A DNA stretch of 64,000 nt from a virus. Lineage: Duplodnaviria > Caudoviricetes. The notes below the pieces were generated by a model that saw nothing but the letters and a program-made list of their open reading frames with translations, did no database searches and had not been told where the DNA came from. The stretch's first letter is position 1; each line of letters begins with the position of its first letter. Location of the stretch: the IMG/VR virus record IMGVR_UViG_3300028591_000094, positions 1 through 64,000 of that record. One strand, given 5' to 3'. A program made the position numbers and the translations under genes. Below are positions 1 through 10,112 of this stretch, piece by piece.

Positions 1-127
1 TTCGGGTATATACGTATTTTTATTCCTCTGAGCATCGGTCTGTGAAATGTCGGGGTTATAATAGCCCCTCCCTATATAATATAAATAGTGTATTAAGCAA
101 AAAAAAACTGACTTTTATGAAAATTCC

Positions 128-571
128 TCAAATTTTATTAAGTTTTATGCCAACTGTTAACAACCCATTCTCAACAGCTTCGTCAGAAAGTTCGATACCT
201 TCAAATTTTGCCAGGTACTCCCTATTGTTTTCGAGGTGCTTCACTCTTTCCTCTTTCTTCATTGGTTTGTATAGTCTAAGCATTGGATTAATAATCATGT
301 CCTCCTTCTCAAAAGGCCCGTCTTCTATGTTAGCATCAGAGACTGTAATCGCCACTTCTGGGAACTCATAGCACTGTATGCTGGAATACTCTACAAAATA
401 CCCATCCAGCCACTTCTCTGACTGTCCATATATACCATAGCAATTAGTACACATCATCCACATATCTTCGGTAGTCTCGAACAACTTTCCACCAAGCGAT
501 GAGGTACCTCCTATCCTGACGAATGAATTAGGCTTAAGTTTGTATATTTTGCCTTCTATAATTTCTTTCAT
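128..571 (-). CDS. hypothetical phage protein
   Basis: 147-aa ORF in a tightly packed minus-strand run. Confidence 0.7.
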   Translation of the reverse strand: MKEIIEGKIYKLKPNSFVRIGGTSSLGGKLFETTEDMWMMCTNCYGIYGQSEKWLDGYFVEYSSIQCYEFPEVAITVSDANIEDGPFEKEDMIINPMLRLYKPMKKEERVKHLENNREYLAKFEGIELSDEAVENGLLTVGIKLNKI

Positions 572-572
572 G

Positions 573-770
573 TTATTTCGATTTATAGTCTATTGTGAAC
601 AATGTTTTCCATTCGATTAGCGACTCCTCTTGTGCAACTACCTTTACAAGATGTGGATTGCTACTGAACTGTAGCATAGTTGCGTTATCCTCCATCGATT
701 CACAATCGTCGAAAGAATGAGTATGAGGTTTGGATTCGTCGTCTCTATATACAAGTAACCGATATGCCAT
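573..770 (-). CDS. hypothetical protein
   Basis: 65-aa ORF abutting both neighbours (1-nt gaps). Confidence 0.65.
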   Translation of the reverse strand: MAYRLLVYRDDESKPHTHSFDDCESMEDNATMLQFSSNPHLVKVVAQEESLIEWKTLFTIDYKSK

Positions 771-771
771 A

Positions 772-1026
772 TTAATCTTTATTGTGGGTTAGAGTTTGTC
801 TTTGAGCCATCTCATAGCGCACTGTTTTTCCATTTGAAGATATTACAGTAATTGCAAAAGAATTACTACGCTTTTTAAAAGTGACTTCGCTATTGTCGCT
901 CAATCCGAGGGTGAGATAATATATAGCGTCTTCTATGGTATCATAATAATCTTGGCGTAACACACCGAAGGAACTAATAGCAGGCTTGCCTTCCTCATCG
1001 ACTTCTGTTAAAACTATAAATTCCAT
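772..1026 (-). CDS. hypothetical protein
   Basis: 84-aa ORF directly downstream of a class-I promoter motif (1056-1086). Confidence 0.7.
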   Translation of the reverse strand: MEFIVLTEVDEEGKPAISSFGVLRQDYYDTIEDAIYYLTLGLSDNSEVTFKKRSNSFAITVISSNGKTVRYEMAQRQTLTHNKD

Positions 1027-1104
1027 ATTCTAATTTTTTTTTTCGTTGGTTTACATATATAACGCAGATAAGGTGCTTTCTTGTACGTTAATCGTAAATT
1101 TTTT

Positions 1105-1686
1105 CTATTTTTCGAGATTGTCCTTCAACTCCAATAGACGCTCGTACACACTTAACTGACCCTGTCGGTACAGTTTTTTGTTGGGATGATTGGCGTTCAC
1201 CGCCATTTCAAGCATTGACGACCGCATTTCATCCAGCACTTTCCACGGTATCGTCACGCCTTCACCTGAAACAAATATTTTGTCTTCGATTTCAGTCCTC
1301 TCATATTCTGTGTGCGCGCGCCACCCGAGAACAAATGCATTTCTGAGCTCACTGTTCGGGTCAATTACACCGAAGTTGCTTTTTCCTGCATATGGATATG
1401 TTTCGTAGGCTTTCTGAGCCTCAACGCTCAGCGGGATTTTGAACGCTTTGTTGAGATATTCCCTTTGTTCGGATGTCAACTTGTCTTTTTTAGATTCAGT
1501 TACAATGTCGTATTCAAATTTCAGATTCACCTCGCTCGGAGTTGCGTCATCATATTCAAGGCAGTCGTCGGCTGGTTGGAATTTGACATTATGGAGAACA
1601 TACTCCCTCTCAGCGCATTGGACTTTTAAATCGGCTCTACCGTCGCTGATTTCAATTCTTTCAATTGATTTGATTTTCTCTTCCAT
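1105..1686 (-). CDS. hypothetical protein
   Basis: 193-aa ORF, operon-like packing. Confidence 0.7.
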   Translation of the reverse strand: MEEKIKSIERIEISDGRADLKVQCAEREYVLHNVKFQPADDCLEYDDATPSEVNLKFEYDIVTESKKDKLTSEQREYLNKAFKIPLSVEAQKAYETYPYAGKSNFGVIDPNSELRNAFVLGWRAHTEYERTEIEDKIFVSGEGVTIPWKVLDEMRSSMLEMAVNANHPNKKLYRQGQLSVYERLLELKDNLEK

Positions 1687-1687
1687 G

Positions 1688-2557
1688 TTATTTGGATTGA
1701 TTTTCTCTTGCTTGAACCTTTTCCATGAAATTGTTATAAACTGATGTCATAGACGGCGGTATGCTGGCTAACAGTTCCGCTTTTTCTTCCTCGGTGGCGG
1801 GGTAGTAGTATAACGCTCCTGGGGCATAATCACCGTAGAAAGTGCCACCAATGGCTGATTTTCCCCACAGGCATCGTGGCGCCGACGCTCCGTATGGATG
1901 TTCTTTGTTAACTGTCAGGTCACCATTGCCGTAATCAAAAGTTTTTACCAACAGCAAACCTTTGTTTTGCGAGCCCTTCCAATTTTCCCAATAGGCGACG
2001 ATGTCACCGACTTTGACCGATTTCAACGGTTCCCTGCCGTCTGGACTGAGATGTGGGACATCATAATCGTCTTCATGTTTGTTATTTGTCTCGTGTGAAG
2101 GGGTTTCTTCTTTTGGCTCGGATATAGGTGTTTCGGTTTTAGGTTCCATTTCCCCAGTCTCCTTCACCGTCAGACTCGTATTTTCTTTTTCGTTTTCGAT
2201 GAGGTTGGTCCATTTTGATACATTTATAGGTTTAGCCTCTCTCTGTCCTTCAATATGGTTGGCATCCTCAGCCTTTATTTGCCCGTTTTCGTTTGGATTG
2301 GTAACCACCTCCGCCAATACCTCAACGGGGCTTGTTGCTTTATTCTCGGGGGTTTCCGATTGCTTGCCGTCCTGTACTATAATATAGCGGGATGAATAGT
2401 CGTTTATCCTTTCAATTTTGTCTATGTGACTGCTAAAAAAACAATATGGATAATTGTTCAATTTCTCATGCAGTATGGGTACGACATCTTCAATGTCTTC
2501 AACGATGACAAGATAAGGATAATCATTTGTGCTCAGTGTAACTTTAAATGCTTCCAT
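1688..2557 (-). CDS. hypothetical protein with acidic low-complexity linker
   Basis: 289-aa ORF with an E/T/P-rich middle. Confidence 0.7.
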   Translation of the reverse strand: MEAFKVTLSTNDYPYLVIVEDIEDVVPILHEKLNNYPYCFFSSHIDKIERINDYSSRYIIVQDGKQSETPENKATSPVEVLAEVVTNPNENGQIKAEDANHIEGQREAKPINVSKWTNLIENEKENTSLTVKETGEMEPKTETPISEPKEETPSHETNNKHEDDYDVPHLSPDGREPLKSVKVGDIVAYWENWKGSQNKGLLLVKTFDYGNGDLTVNKEHPYGASAPRCLWGKSAIGGTFYGDYAPGALYYYPATEEEKAELLASIPPSMTSVYNNFMEKVQARENQSK

Positions 2558-2569
2558 TTTAATTTATTT

Positions 2570-2953
2570 TTAATCTATGTTTAACCAACAGTTGTATTTC
2601 TTGCAGAATTCGTCTATTATCTCCCTGACGCGTTTACCGAAAACGTGATAGTGGAAGTCAGAATTCTCCTCGCTTGGTTTCGGCTTGTTGTCGAACCTTT
2701 CGAACAGGAGCCCTCTTAATTCCTGAATCTCGGTGGCGTCATTGATGAAAGTCTTGTAGTCGAAATCCTTGTTCTCGAACATATCTTTGAGTAAATACGT
2801 CATTCCGTCGACACACGGGAGACAATCTATCTCGGAATACCACAGTTTCTTGTCGGATTCGTATTGCTTTTCATAATATTCGATGTTGAACAGACAAAAG
2901 CCACGACTGTTTTGGTCGTCATCTTTAGGTACGTAATAAATTTGATATGTCAT
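2570..2953 (-). CDS. hypothetical protein
   Basis: 127-aa ORF. Confidence 0.7.
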   Translation of the reverse strand: MTYQIYYVPKDDDQNSRGFCLFNIEYYEKQYESDKKLWYSEIDCLPCVDGMTYLLKDMFENKDFDYKTFINDATEIQELRGLLFERFDNKPKPSEENSDFHYHVFGKRVREIIDEFCKKYNCWLNID

Positions 2954-2994
2954 CTTGATATTTATTTTTAATTGAGTTATATTAAGTTTTAACT

Positions 2995-3315
2995 ATGGGA
3001 TATGTCTATCTGATTTGCGACAGTTCGAACGAATGGTACAAAATCGGTGTCACAACGGGGAGGATTGAGAAAAGAATCAAGCAGCTCCAGACGGGGAATG
3101 GCACCGAACTGTTCGTGCGCTCTTATTTCAAGACCGAGCATCCGTTTAAACTGGAAAAACTGCTCCATACCAAATTCTGCTGCCAGAAGGTTCTGAACGA
3201 ATGGTTTGAACTGTCCGCTGAGGATATCACGAACTTTACCAAAACCTGCGAGGAACTTGAGAAAACGGTCAAGGTTCTCATGGGCAATCCATTCTTTAAC
3301 CGTTCCAAAACTTAA
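2995..3315 (+). CDS. GIY-YIG / T5orf172-type nuclease domain protein
   Basis: GYVYLI...YKIGVT...RIKQLQTGN...LEKLLH...EWF motifs. Confidence 0.85.
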   Translation: MGYVYLICDSSNEWYKIGVTTGRIEKRIKQLQTGNGTELFVRSYFKTEHPFKLEKLLHTKFCCQKVLNEWFELSAEDITNFTKTCEELEKTVKVLMGNPFFNRSKT

Positions 3316-3316
3316 T

Positions 3317-3763
3317 TCACTTTGGATTGGATAGTGTCGGCTCGAAATCCACTGACAGTATGTCAAGCTTCGTGATGGTGTTGTCATGCGTTGTATATCC
3401 AATAGATGTCAGGGTGGGTTTGGAGTTTGCCACGATTAGCTCTTGAGCAAGCTTGCCTTGATGGTTAGGCAACGGTTTGACTTCAACAACTACATGGTTA
3501 AGCGAATCGATTCCAAAACCTTTGACCACTATTGCAGCATTGCCTATATTCTGACTAAGCGAGACATCATCCTCATCAAAACTCCTGCCGATATAACCAT
3601 ACATCGGCTGACCTTTCTTGATTCTGTCATTGGCTTCGGCAACAGCTTTCTCCATCACATCCCTTGGGTAAACATAACCGTTCGCTGTCGGTTTGTCACA
3701 CTCGAACACTGGGAGAACCACTGTAGTTCTGTTTTCCTTTAAAGTATTGTCGGTGTCACACAT
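3317..3763 (-). CDS. T4 gp21-like prohead protease homolog, probably inactive
   Basis: TANGYVYPRDVMEKAV, QGKLAQELI, TSIG and SVDF align by eye with gp21 motifs; the GELxHP His is absent. Confidence 0.6.
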   Translation of the reverse strand: MCDTDNTLKENRTTVVLPVFECDKPTANGYVYPRDVMEKAVAEANDRIKKGQPMYGYIGRSFDEDDVSLSQNIGNAAIVVKGFGIDSLNHVVVEVKPLPNHQGKLAQELIVANSKPTLTSIGYTTHDNTITKLDILSVDFEPTLSNPK

Positions 3764-3767
3764 TGTT

Positions 3768-4349
3768 TTAATCTTGATTAGATTTGTTATCGAATCTGAA
3801 GTTCATAACCGCGTCGGCAAGGTCTTTACCATCAGGGCAGAAACGCGCTATCATGTTGGCTGTCAAATTAGCGGACAGTCCGCTGTGACCGCTGTTCATG
3901 AAAAAGTCATACGCTTTCCGCAGGCGTTCATCGTAGGTCAAAGAGTCGTCACGCATAATCCTACAGGCTTCAAGCGTCTGGTCAAGCTCCATACCGTGAT
4001 ACAGGTCGCCGAGGCGGATGGGGACGATTTTGTCCCAATATTCAAGTTCTTCCTCTTTGACAAGTCCTCTTGCCTTGTTAACATATTCATTGGTTAGCTC
4101 GGGTATCTTGGCTTTATGTTCGGCTTCTTCCCGCTCATACGCCTCATGCCACTTGCGCTGTTCTTCGTCGTTTTCATACTTTGTCTTTCCTGTGACTTTC
4201 TTGTACGCCTCGTCCAGTGTGTCGGTCGAGAGAATTGTTTTGCCATTGAAGTTACAGCTGCACACCTCATTGGTGGTGTGTTCTATCGCTTTAAGTCTTT
4301 GCCACGCCTCAGCAATGGTTGAACCTGCACATATGTCCGCTGTTAGCAT
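3768..4349 (-). CDS. hypothetical protein
   Basis: 193-aa ORF. Confidence 0.7.
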   Translation of the reverse strand: MLTADICAGSTIAEAWQRLKAIEHTTNEVCSCNFNGKTILSTDTLDEAYKKVTGKTKYENDEEQRKWHEAYEREEAEHKAKIPELTNEYVNKARGLVKEEELEYWDKIVPIRLGDLYHGMELDQTLEACRIMRDDSLTYDERLRKAYDFFMNSGHSGLSANLTANMIARFCPDGKDLADAVMNFRFDNKSNQD

Positions 4350-4352
4350 AAT

Positions 4353-4541
4353 CTAGATTGTTTTTAAATTTTTAGTGAATTTTTTCATTTTCGATAAGTT
4401 ATCATCTATCTGGGCGAGACTTTGTTCCGCCTGCTTGAGTGCCTCGTCTATTATTTTCAGGTTTGCATCGAAACCCACCTCTTCCTGGGTTGGTTGAGGT
4501 GGTTTCGACTTGGGCTGTCTATACATAAATGGTTTTTTCAT
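4353..4541 (-). CDS. hypothetical protein
   Basis: 62-aa ORF in run. Confidence 0.55.
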   Translation of the reverse strand: MKKPFMYRQPKSKPPQPTQEEVGFDANLKIIDEALKQAEQSLAQIDDNLSKMKKFTKNLKTI

Positions 4542-4550
4542 GATTTAAAG

Positions 4551-4805
4551 TTAATCGTCATCGTCGTCACTACGATTGTTTTCTTCTTCCGCCATTCTGT
4601 CGTCATTATCAAGGTCATCCCAAATGTTTGAATCTGGATAATTGGCTTTGTCGTCTGGTGTCTCGACTGTTCTATAATGGTCGCCAGTTATATCTCCCGT
4701 CTCTGGGTTCCAGTCGAATGAGCGCCAACCATCATTATCGTAATTGGATGTGTGATAGGTTTCAGTATCCTCGTGATACCTGCTTGTATGTGTGCCTTCT
4801 GACAT
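4551..4805 (-). CDS. small, very acidic protein
   Basis: 84 aa, Asp-rich. Confidence 0.6.
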   Translation of the reverse strand: MSEGTHTSRYHEDTETYHTSNYDNDGWRSFDWNPETGDITGDHYRTVETPDDKANYPDSNIWDDLDNDDRMAEEENNRSDDDDD

Positions 4806-4899
4806 AATATTGGTGTCTGATTATGGCTGTCAGACTACAGCTCTAGTTATTATTTGAGTTTATATTGTCCGTGTAACCTTTAGATGTTTCTGTCTTTGA

Positions 4900-5292
4900 T
4901 TATTTGTTCGATTTCCACTGCAGCGGTTCCAATGAACCGAGGCGCTCGGAGTAGTACATGCCAATCCAGACGTTCTTGGAATACTGCTTGTGTTTCGAGA
5001 TATCGTTGTTCATATCGAGCACTTGGTTGCGCAGGTTGGCATCGGTTAAAATATCGTCACGGTCGCACATCTCCACCTGGGCTTTGAGGTTGTTGTACCT
5101 GTCCTCGTTATAGGCGAAGTTTGACTTGAGGTCGATTGTGCATGCCAGGCAGGTTATAAATCCAAGACCGAAGATGCTTATAAGCATCCAGCCTGGGAAT
5201 GACAGCTTGTCATAATTCCACGATTTTTGGCTGATTATAGCCATAATGACGCCGATGAGTGTGAGAACTCCGAAAAGTGTGATAAGTAACAT
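4900..5292 (-). CDS. membrane protein (2 TM)
   Basis: two N-terminal hydrophobic segments. Confidence 0.7.
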   Translation of the reverse strand: MLLITLFGVLTLIGVIMAIISQKSWNYDKLSFPGWMLISIFGLGFITCLACTIDLKSNFAYNEDRYNNLKAQVEMCDRDDILTDANLRNQVLDMNNDISKHKQYSKNVWIGMYYSERLGSLEPLQWKSNK

Positions 5293-5332
5293 AATTTTTT
5301 AATTTTTTGGTGAATAATTGTATTTTGTTAAA

Positions 5333-5683
5333 CTATTTTTGTCTTAAAGGCGTTGACTGGAAACTAATCACGTTTGCGATGTCGTTGTTGGACGACCAGC
5401 AGGATTGTATGACGCAGTTTTCATCGCTTATCCAGATGTTGTTTCCACCGTTTTTACTCCATCCTACAGTATATTTAAGAGGCTGTTTTGTCGTTGCGGT
5501 GTAGACGAAATGCCTCGTAACGGTGTCACTTGTTCCGTCTGGATGCTGAACGGCGTAGACGATGTTCACGTCATGGTCCCAATAGCTTCTAGTGCATGAT
5601 GTGATAATCAGCAGGATTTCCATAACAAGCGTGACAGCCAGGATAATTTCCAAAACAATACTGATGGTTCGTTGTCTTTTCAT
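5333..5683 (-). CDS. membrane-anchored or lipoprotein-like hypothetical protein
   Basis: hydrophobic N-terminus ending ITSC; class-I promoter upstream. Confidence 0.65.
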   Translation of the reverse strand: MKRQRTISIVLEIILAVTLVMEILLIITSCTRSYWDHDVNIVYAVQHPDGTSDTVTRHFVYTATTKQPLKYTVGWSKNGGNNIWISDENCVIQSCWSSNNDIANVISFQSTPLRQK

Positions 5684-5768
5684 TTGTCGTTTAGTTTTAA
5701 TTTTTCAGTTTATTACATTTATATAACGCAGCAAACATCACTTTTTGTACGAGTAGTTGAAATTATTT

Positions 5769-6224
5769 TTACGCTTCAGGCAACTCTCCAACATCCCTAA
5801 GGCGCGTCAGTCTAGAGCAAAACTCCTGTGCTGTCAGAATGGTCTCGTTTATCTTGTTCTTGCCCATTGCGTGAGTCAGAGTGGCGCCGTTCGTAGCCTC
5901 CAGAGCTGCCTTGAATTTGGCGTTATGATAAAGCTGGTTATAAGCTCTGTTGAGAAGCAGCTGGTATTCTTTCGAATCCCTTTTCATAGGTACTCCGCGC
6001 CAATAAAGTGTCTGTTTTGTCCACCAGTTCTTTCCGTAGCCTTTCTTCTTGGCAGCATATCCTACGAGGGTGCATACATGTTCCTGCATGTCCGTTGACT
6101 CGAACTTAAGACTCTGCAGAAAACCTTCCATTGAATTGCATTTGACACCGTCGATTTCAAAGGGATGTGGTGCAAAATTGCTTAACGATGATGCAGGATA
6201 GCCCGCTTTGCTTGATATATCCAT
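5769..6224 (-). CDS. NADAR family protein (T4 gp30.3-like)
   Basis: LSNFAPHPFEIDG...SMEGFLQSLKF...QTLYWRG...FKAALEAT motifs. Confidence 0.8.
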   Translation of the reverse strand: MDISSKAGYPASSLSNFAPHPFEIDGVKCNSMEGFLQSLKFESTDMQEHVCTLVGYAAKKKGYGKNWWTKQTLYWRGVPMKRDSKEYQLLLNRAYNQLYHNAKFKAALEATNGATLTHAMGKNKINETILTAQEFCSRLTRLRDVGELPEA

Positions 6225-6245
6225 TGTTTAGTGAATTGATTTTGA

Positions 6246-6440
6246 TTATTTTTTTAATTCAGTTATATTGAACTTGCCAGCCAAATCGTTCCAGTCAAGG
6301 TCTTGCTGTATGGGCTCAGGGTCTGGAGTATCGTTCTTTTTCGAGAACCTGGCGACCATGGCTGATATTCGCTCCCTTTCACAACAAGGACAACGTGTGC
6401 CAGTAAATGTCAGCCGATGTTTTTCACAAGTACGTTTCAT
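6246..6440 (-). CDS. small Zn-ribbon-like protein
   Basis: CxxH...CPCC. Confidence 0.55.
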   Translation of the reverse strand: MKRTCEKHRLTFTGTRCPCCERERISAMVARFSKKNDTPDPEPIQQDLDWNDLAGKFNITELKK

Positions 6441-6492
6441 ATATAAGAGCGGTGAAAATTATAAAAAAAACTCACAATGCAATCATATTCGC

Positions 6493-7254
6493 TTAGATTA
6501 ACGGTTTTGCAATCTCGATGAGGTCACGGAAGTTCTCGAGGAATTGGTCACGGAGCTCCGCTGTCTTGAAAGCGAGCGGTGCGGAAACATTAATTGAAGT
6601 AAAAATCTCCACGTTCTCATCCCTATTTATTATAGAAAATTTATATTCATAATTATCTTTCCAATTCGGGGTCCACCCATCGTTGTAGCAGTCGCGGAGT
6701 TGAACGAGCTGCATCAGTGCAAGGAATGCTTCAGCAGTTTCTCTGTTAGGAAGCAGGTTTTTATCCACCCGTACTGTTCTTTTGCTATCACCCCACTTGT
6801 CGCATATGTTGGAAAAAGAATCAATAAAACGTTCATCAGACCTCCTTATCGGATGTGTCTCGCAGAACTCATCCCAGGTCTTAGGCAGTTTCATTCTGAT
6901 TCTACCGTCAGACCATTCATACCCTTTCTTGTCTATGCGGTCAAGCATATTCTGAAGTTGGCTGTAGCTGGCGGGTTTTATATCAGACACACTTTCCATT
7001 CTGACAATGGGCAAGGTTTTGGTTTGGACATCGTCTCTGCCACCGTCATACTGTATAAGATAACCGTCTATGACCGTTCCATCCATATGGTCGAATATGC
7101 AGAGATACCAATGGTTGCCTGTTGTGGTGATATAGATGAAATCACCTTTTTTGGGGGTAAAATCAATTTTCTTCTTGAACTTGATGCACTCGAAGGTCGA
7201 GTTTTCCTTATCAATCTCCATACCCTCGGGCACGTTGATTTTAATTTCGTCCAT
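6493..7254 (-). CDS. hypothetical phage protein
   Basis: 253-aa ORF. Confidence 0.75.
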   Translation of the reverse strand: MDEIKINVPEGMEIDKENSTFECIKFKKKIDFTPKKGDFIYITTTGNHWYLCIFDHMDGTVIDGYLIQYDGGRDDVQTKTLPIVRMESVSDIKPASYSQLQNMLDRIDKKGYEWSDGRIRMKLPKTWDEFCETHPIRRSDERFIDSFSNICDKWGDSKRTVRVDKNLLPNRETAEAFLALMQLVQLRDCYNDGWTPNWKDNYEYKFSIINRDENVEIFTSINVSAPLAFKTAELRDQFLENFRDLIEIAKPLI

Positions 7255-7585
7255 GGTTAACTATTTTTAATGAATATTGTCTTTCACGGCGTTTCCTCTG
7301 TTCCTCACTATAAAACTTTAATTTGGAACTGTTAATTTCAACTGGTACCAAAGCCTGTCTGCGGCGCCCCTGGGCAACCTCCTCGAGCTGTTTGTACTTG
7401 GAACGGTTGTCGATGACACACTGGGAGAGTTTGAACCTGTCGAGTATACAGTCCTCTAATTTCTCGTATGTTCCATCCTCTTTGATGCAACGGGATTGGT
7501 ATACATCATAGGTGCATGCAATAGTAACATCACCGTATTTCTCGATAAGTTCCCGCAAGAGTTTTTCGCCTTTTGACTTTGTCAT
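7241..7585 (-). CDS. hypothetical protein
   Basis: 114 aa; class-I promoter upstream. Confidence 0.7.
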   Translation of the reverse strand: MTKSKGEKLLRELIEKYGDVTIACTYDVYQSRCIKEDGTYEKLEDCILDRFKLSQCVIDNRSKYKQLEEVAQGRRRQALVPVEINSSKLKFYSEEQRKRRERQYSLKIVNHGRN

Positions 7586-7675
7586 GGTTTTGTTTTCTTT
7601 GATTTGTTACATCTATATAACGCAACGGAGCCTATTTTTTGTACAAACAAAAGTAATTTTCTCTGTTCATATTTT

Positions 7676-8050
7676 TTATTTAAATTTCAATTCACTGAAA
7701 AACATGTATGACCTAACGGTTCTGGCAGCGTTTTCGGCGTAGTCGCTGTTGAGAAAATTCTCATCGAACTCGTTGAGTTTGACTAGTTCTCTCATAATGA
7801 CCTTGAAAACATCAGTCAAAAATTGTTGGATATTCGACATTTCGCACAATTCAAAAAATGTTATTTCCTTGCAGACAGTTGATTGTGCGCCAAGCATCTG
7901 TATTCTCAAACAACTACCGTTATAGGATAATAGCATGCTGATATAATATTTCTGCCACGTGTTGCCGTAATCCACAACACCTTCAACCGTTCTGGGTTGG
8001 ATATGCACGAAACGATGCCGTTTCCGTTTAATTCTGAATGCCATTTTCAA
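7676..8050 (-). CDS. hypothetical protein
   Basis: 124-aa ORF. Confidence 0.65.
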   Translation of the reverse strand: MKMAFRIKRKRHRFVHIQPRTVEGVVDYGNTWQKYYISMLLSYNGSCLRIQMLGAQSTVCKEITFFELCEMSNIQQFLTDVFKVIMRELVKLNEFDENFLNSDYAENAARTVRSYMFFSELKFK

Positions 8051-8062
8051 TCTGGAATATAT

Positions 8063-8710
8063 CTATTTAACCAACTCGAAAGAATATACATACACCCAAG
8101 GGTTACTCTCCCACGTTCCCTTCTTCCCAACCTTGTCTATGAGTGCTGCGAATGCCTCACGGGGGTTGTAAAAGTGCCATTGGTTATAGTGCTTCCCGTT
8201 AACCTCAAACATATATATGTCATCGGACACTACCTGACGGTGTGCATCAACCACAATTCCCTCTTTCAGACAGCCCTCATCACTGATGTCCTGCAACCGT
8301 TCAACCCTGACGTCGGTTATCCGTATTTGGTGCGGCATGTCACTTGCATTCACGAACATCTTGTTGGTATATCCTTTGTGTTTCGCTATATTCTCTTTCA
8401 AGTCAAGAGGAAGACCCAATGAACGTATCTCCTTTTCTATGGCCTGATACGATTGTGCCACCGCCACGACTTCACCAATCTTATATGCGGGCTGGTTCTC
8501 CTTGGGCACTTTGGTTCCGCAGCCATTAAATACGAAATAGGCTACGCCCGCCTCGTTAACAAACACATCGTCTGGGTCAATTTTTTTTAACTCATCGTCC
8601 TCGGTCATCGTATGCAACGTCATTTTGAACAGGCGTCGTGTCATCGTCTTTCTCCCCTCCAGCACGGCGGCGGTGAGACCGTACTTGTCGTTGAACATTA
8701 TTTTCTGCAT
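8063..8710 (-). CDS. ASCH/PUA-like domain phage protein
   Basis: IMFN...AVLEGRKTMTRR, ITDVRVERLQDIS...EG, WESNPWVYVYSF. Confidence 0.8.
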   Translation of the reverse strand: MQKIMFNDKYGLTAAVLEGRKTMTRRLFKMTLHTMTEDDELKKIDPDDVFVNEAGVAYFVFNGCGTKVPKENQPAYKIGEVVAVAQSYQAIEKEIRSLGLPLDLKENIAKHKGYTNKMFVNASDMPHQIRITDVRVERLQDISDEGCLKEGIVVDAHRQVVSDDIYMFEVNGKHYNQWHFYNPREAFAALIDKVGKKGTWESNPWVYVYSFELVK

Positions 8711-8955
8711 GGTATATAATATGTTTAGTTAATATAATATGTTTAGTTAAGCGTTGCTTTCGTCATTACCGCTGCCGTCGCCGACAACTGGGGTCAGTAC
8801 TAACAACAACGTGCATATCAAAAGAAAAATTTCCATTGTCTTGTGTGTTTTCTCAATTATTAATATACAAAAAAATTCGGAACATTTCTAAAACTGTTGA
8901 AAAAAAAAGAAGCGGACATTATATTGCCCGCCTCATAGCATTATATGTCAATTGA

Positions 8956-9846
8956 TTATTCCGCTGCATTGCTCCTGAACCAATCGTTGTCGCCGTCGTT
9001 CTCCATTGCCTTATGCTCGCGGTATGCTTCCTCGTCATAGCCGTCGTCAGCCCAGTCATACCATTTCACCTGGTCGCAGAACTTGTCGACAATATCGTCT
9101 TCGTAAGCATCCAATACGCTCTTCGCAATCTTCTTGATTGTATCGTCAACGGGAATCGTCTGACCGTTGTCATAATCGGTCACCTTTATCTCGGTTGGCA
9201 TTGGGTTTGCCTCGAATTCAATAGAGTCTTGTTCGAAATCGCTTATAGCTGACTCCTTGTGATAGTCCAGGACATTGAGGTCGAATTTAATCTCGAGAGT
9301 CCAATCGCCGACGAATAACGTCAGTTCCCCTTCTTCGTTGGGGTTGACATACAGGCTGTCCAGTTCTTCCCTCTCGTTTCGGTAGGCGTTGAGGAAATCC
9401 TCGCTCGTGAACGACATGGCCTGTGGTTCCTCACCGTCAACTTCGAATCCCTCGTTGAGCATTCTGGTGGCTGGGTTGTTCCACCTGCCCAGGATTTTGG
9501 AGAACAAAGTTGTCTGCTTGTGCTCCTTGAGGGACACTTCGCCGTCCTTGCTGTACAGGTCTTCGTATATGGCGGGCTTCGGCTGTGGTTTGCTTTCAGC
9601 CTGTTTCCTCGATTCCTTCATGATGCTTCCAGCCAGTCTGCCAGCCATTTCGCTAATTATCTGGCGCCTGTCGGTCGACTTGCCAGCTTCCTCGGTCAGC
9701 TGCCTGTTTATCATTGCACGCTCGGACTCGCTGACGATGGTGTACATTTCACCGTTCTCGTCGAAATTCTCTGTTATGTAGTTGGTGTTGTCGGTATAGT
9801 ATTCACCAACGCTTTTCTTGATGCTTTCTATAAGTTCGTTTGCCAT
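8956..9846 (-). CDS. acidic putative virion-internal protein with repeated (L/I/V)xE motifs
   Basis: LIES, ITEN, VSES, LTEE, LNEG; TATTTATA upstream. Confidence 0.65.
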   Translation of the reverse strand: MANELIESIKKSVGEYYTDNTNYITENFDENGEMYTIVSESERAMINRQLTEEAGKSTDRRQIISEMAGRLAGSIMKESRKQAESKPQPKPAIYEDLYSKDGEVSLKEHKQTTLFSKILGRWNNPATRMLNEGFEVDGEEPQAMSFTSEDFLNAYRNEREELDSLYVNPNEEGELTLFVGDWTLEIKFDLNVLDYHKESAISDFEQDSIEFEANPMPTEIKVTDYDNGQTIPVDDTIKKIAKSVLDAYEDDIVDKFCDQVKWYDWADDGYDEEAYREHKAMENDGDNDWFRSNAAE

Positions 9847-9893
9847 GATTCGTTGTGTGTTTATTTTATAAATACCACTAATTGCATTTTTTT

Positions 9894-9938
9894 GTGAACT
9901 ACACCGAAACTAAAGATTTCGGGGTTTCCTTGCCAAAA
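9894..9938 (-). mobile_element. IS200/IS605 left-end/right-end hybrid footprint
   Basis: rc TTTTGGCAAGGAAACCCCGAAATCTTTAGTTTCGGTGTAGTTCAC matches the left-end hairpin starting at 26681, fused to a right-end GTAGTTCAC. Confidence 0.65.
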
Positions 9939-10112
9939 ATTATTATGAATACTTCTAGCTATAAGTACTTAATATACAAGTAGAAAAAATAAAATATATC
10001 TATATTTTATTTTTTGTTATATTATAAGTCACTTGTTTATTCCAAGGCTTGCCTTTTGGAAATGCCCGATATTTATATTATATTAATAAGGAAGAAAAAA
10101 CACAAACTGACC

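Noticed and set aside
8715-8750. 18-bp tandem duplication TATAATATGTTTAGTTAA
   Set aside because: Only two copies in an intergenic AT-rich stretch; likely slippage
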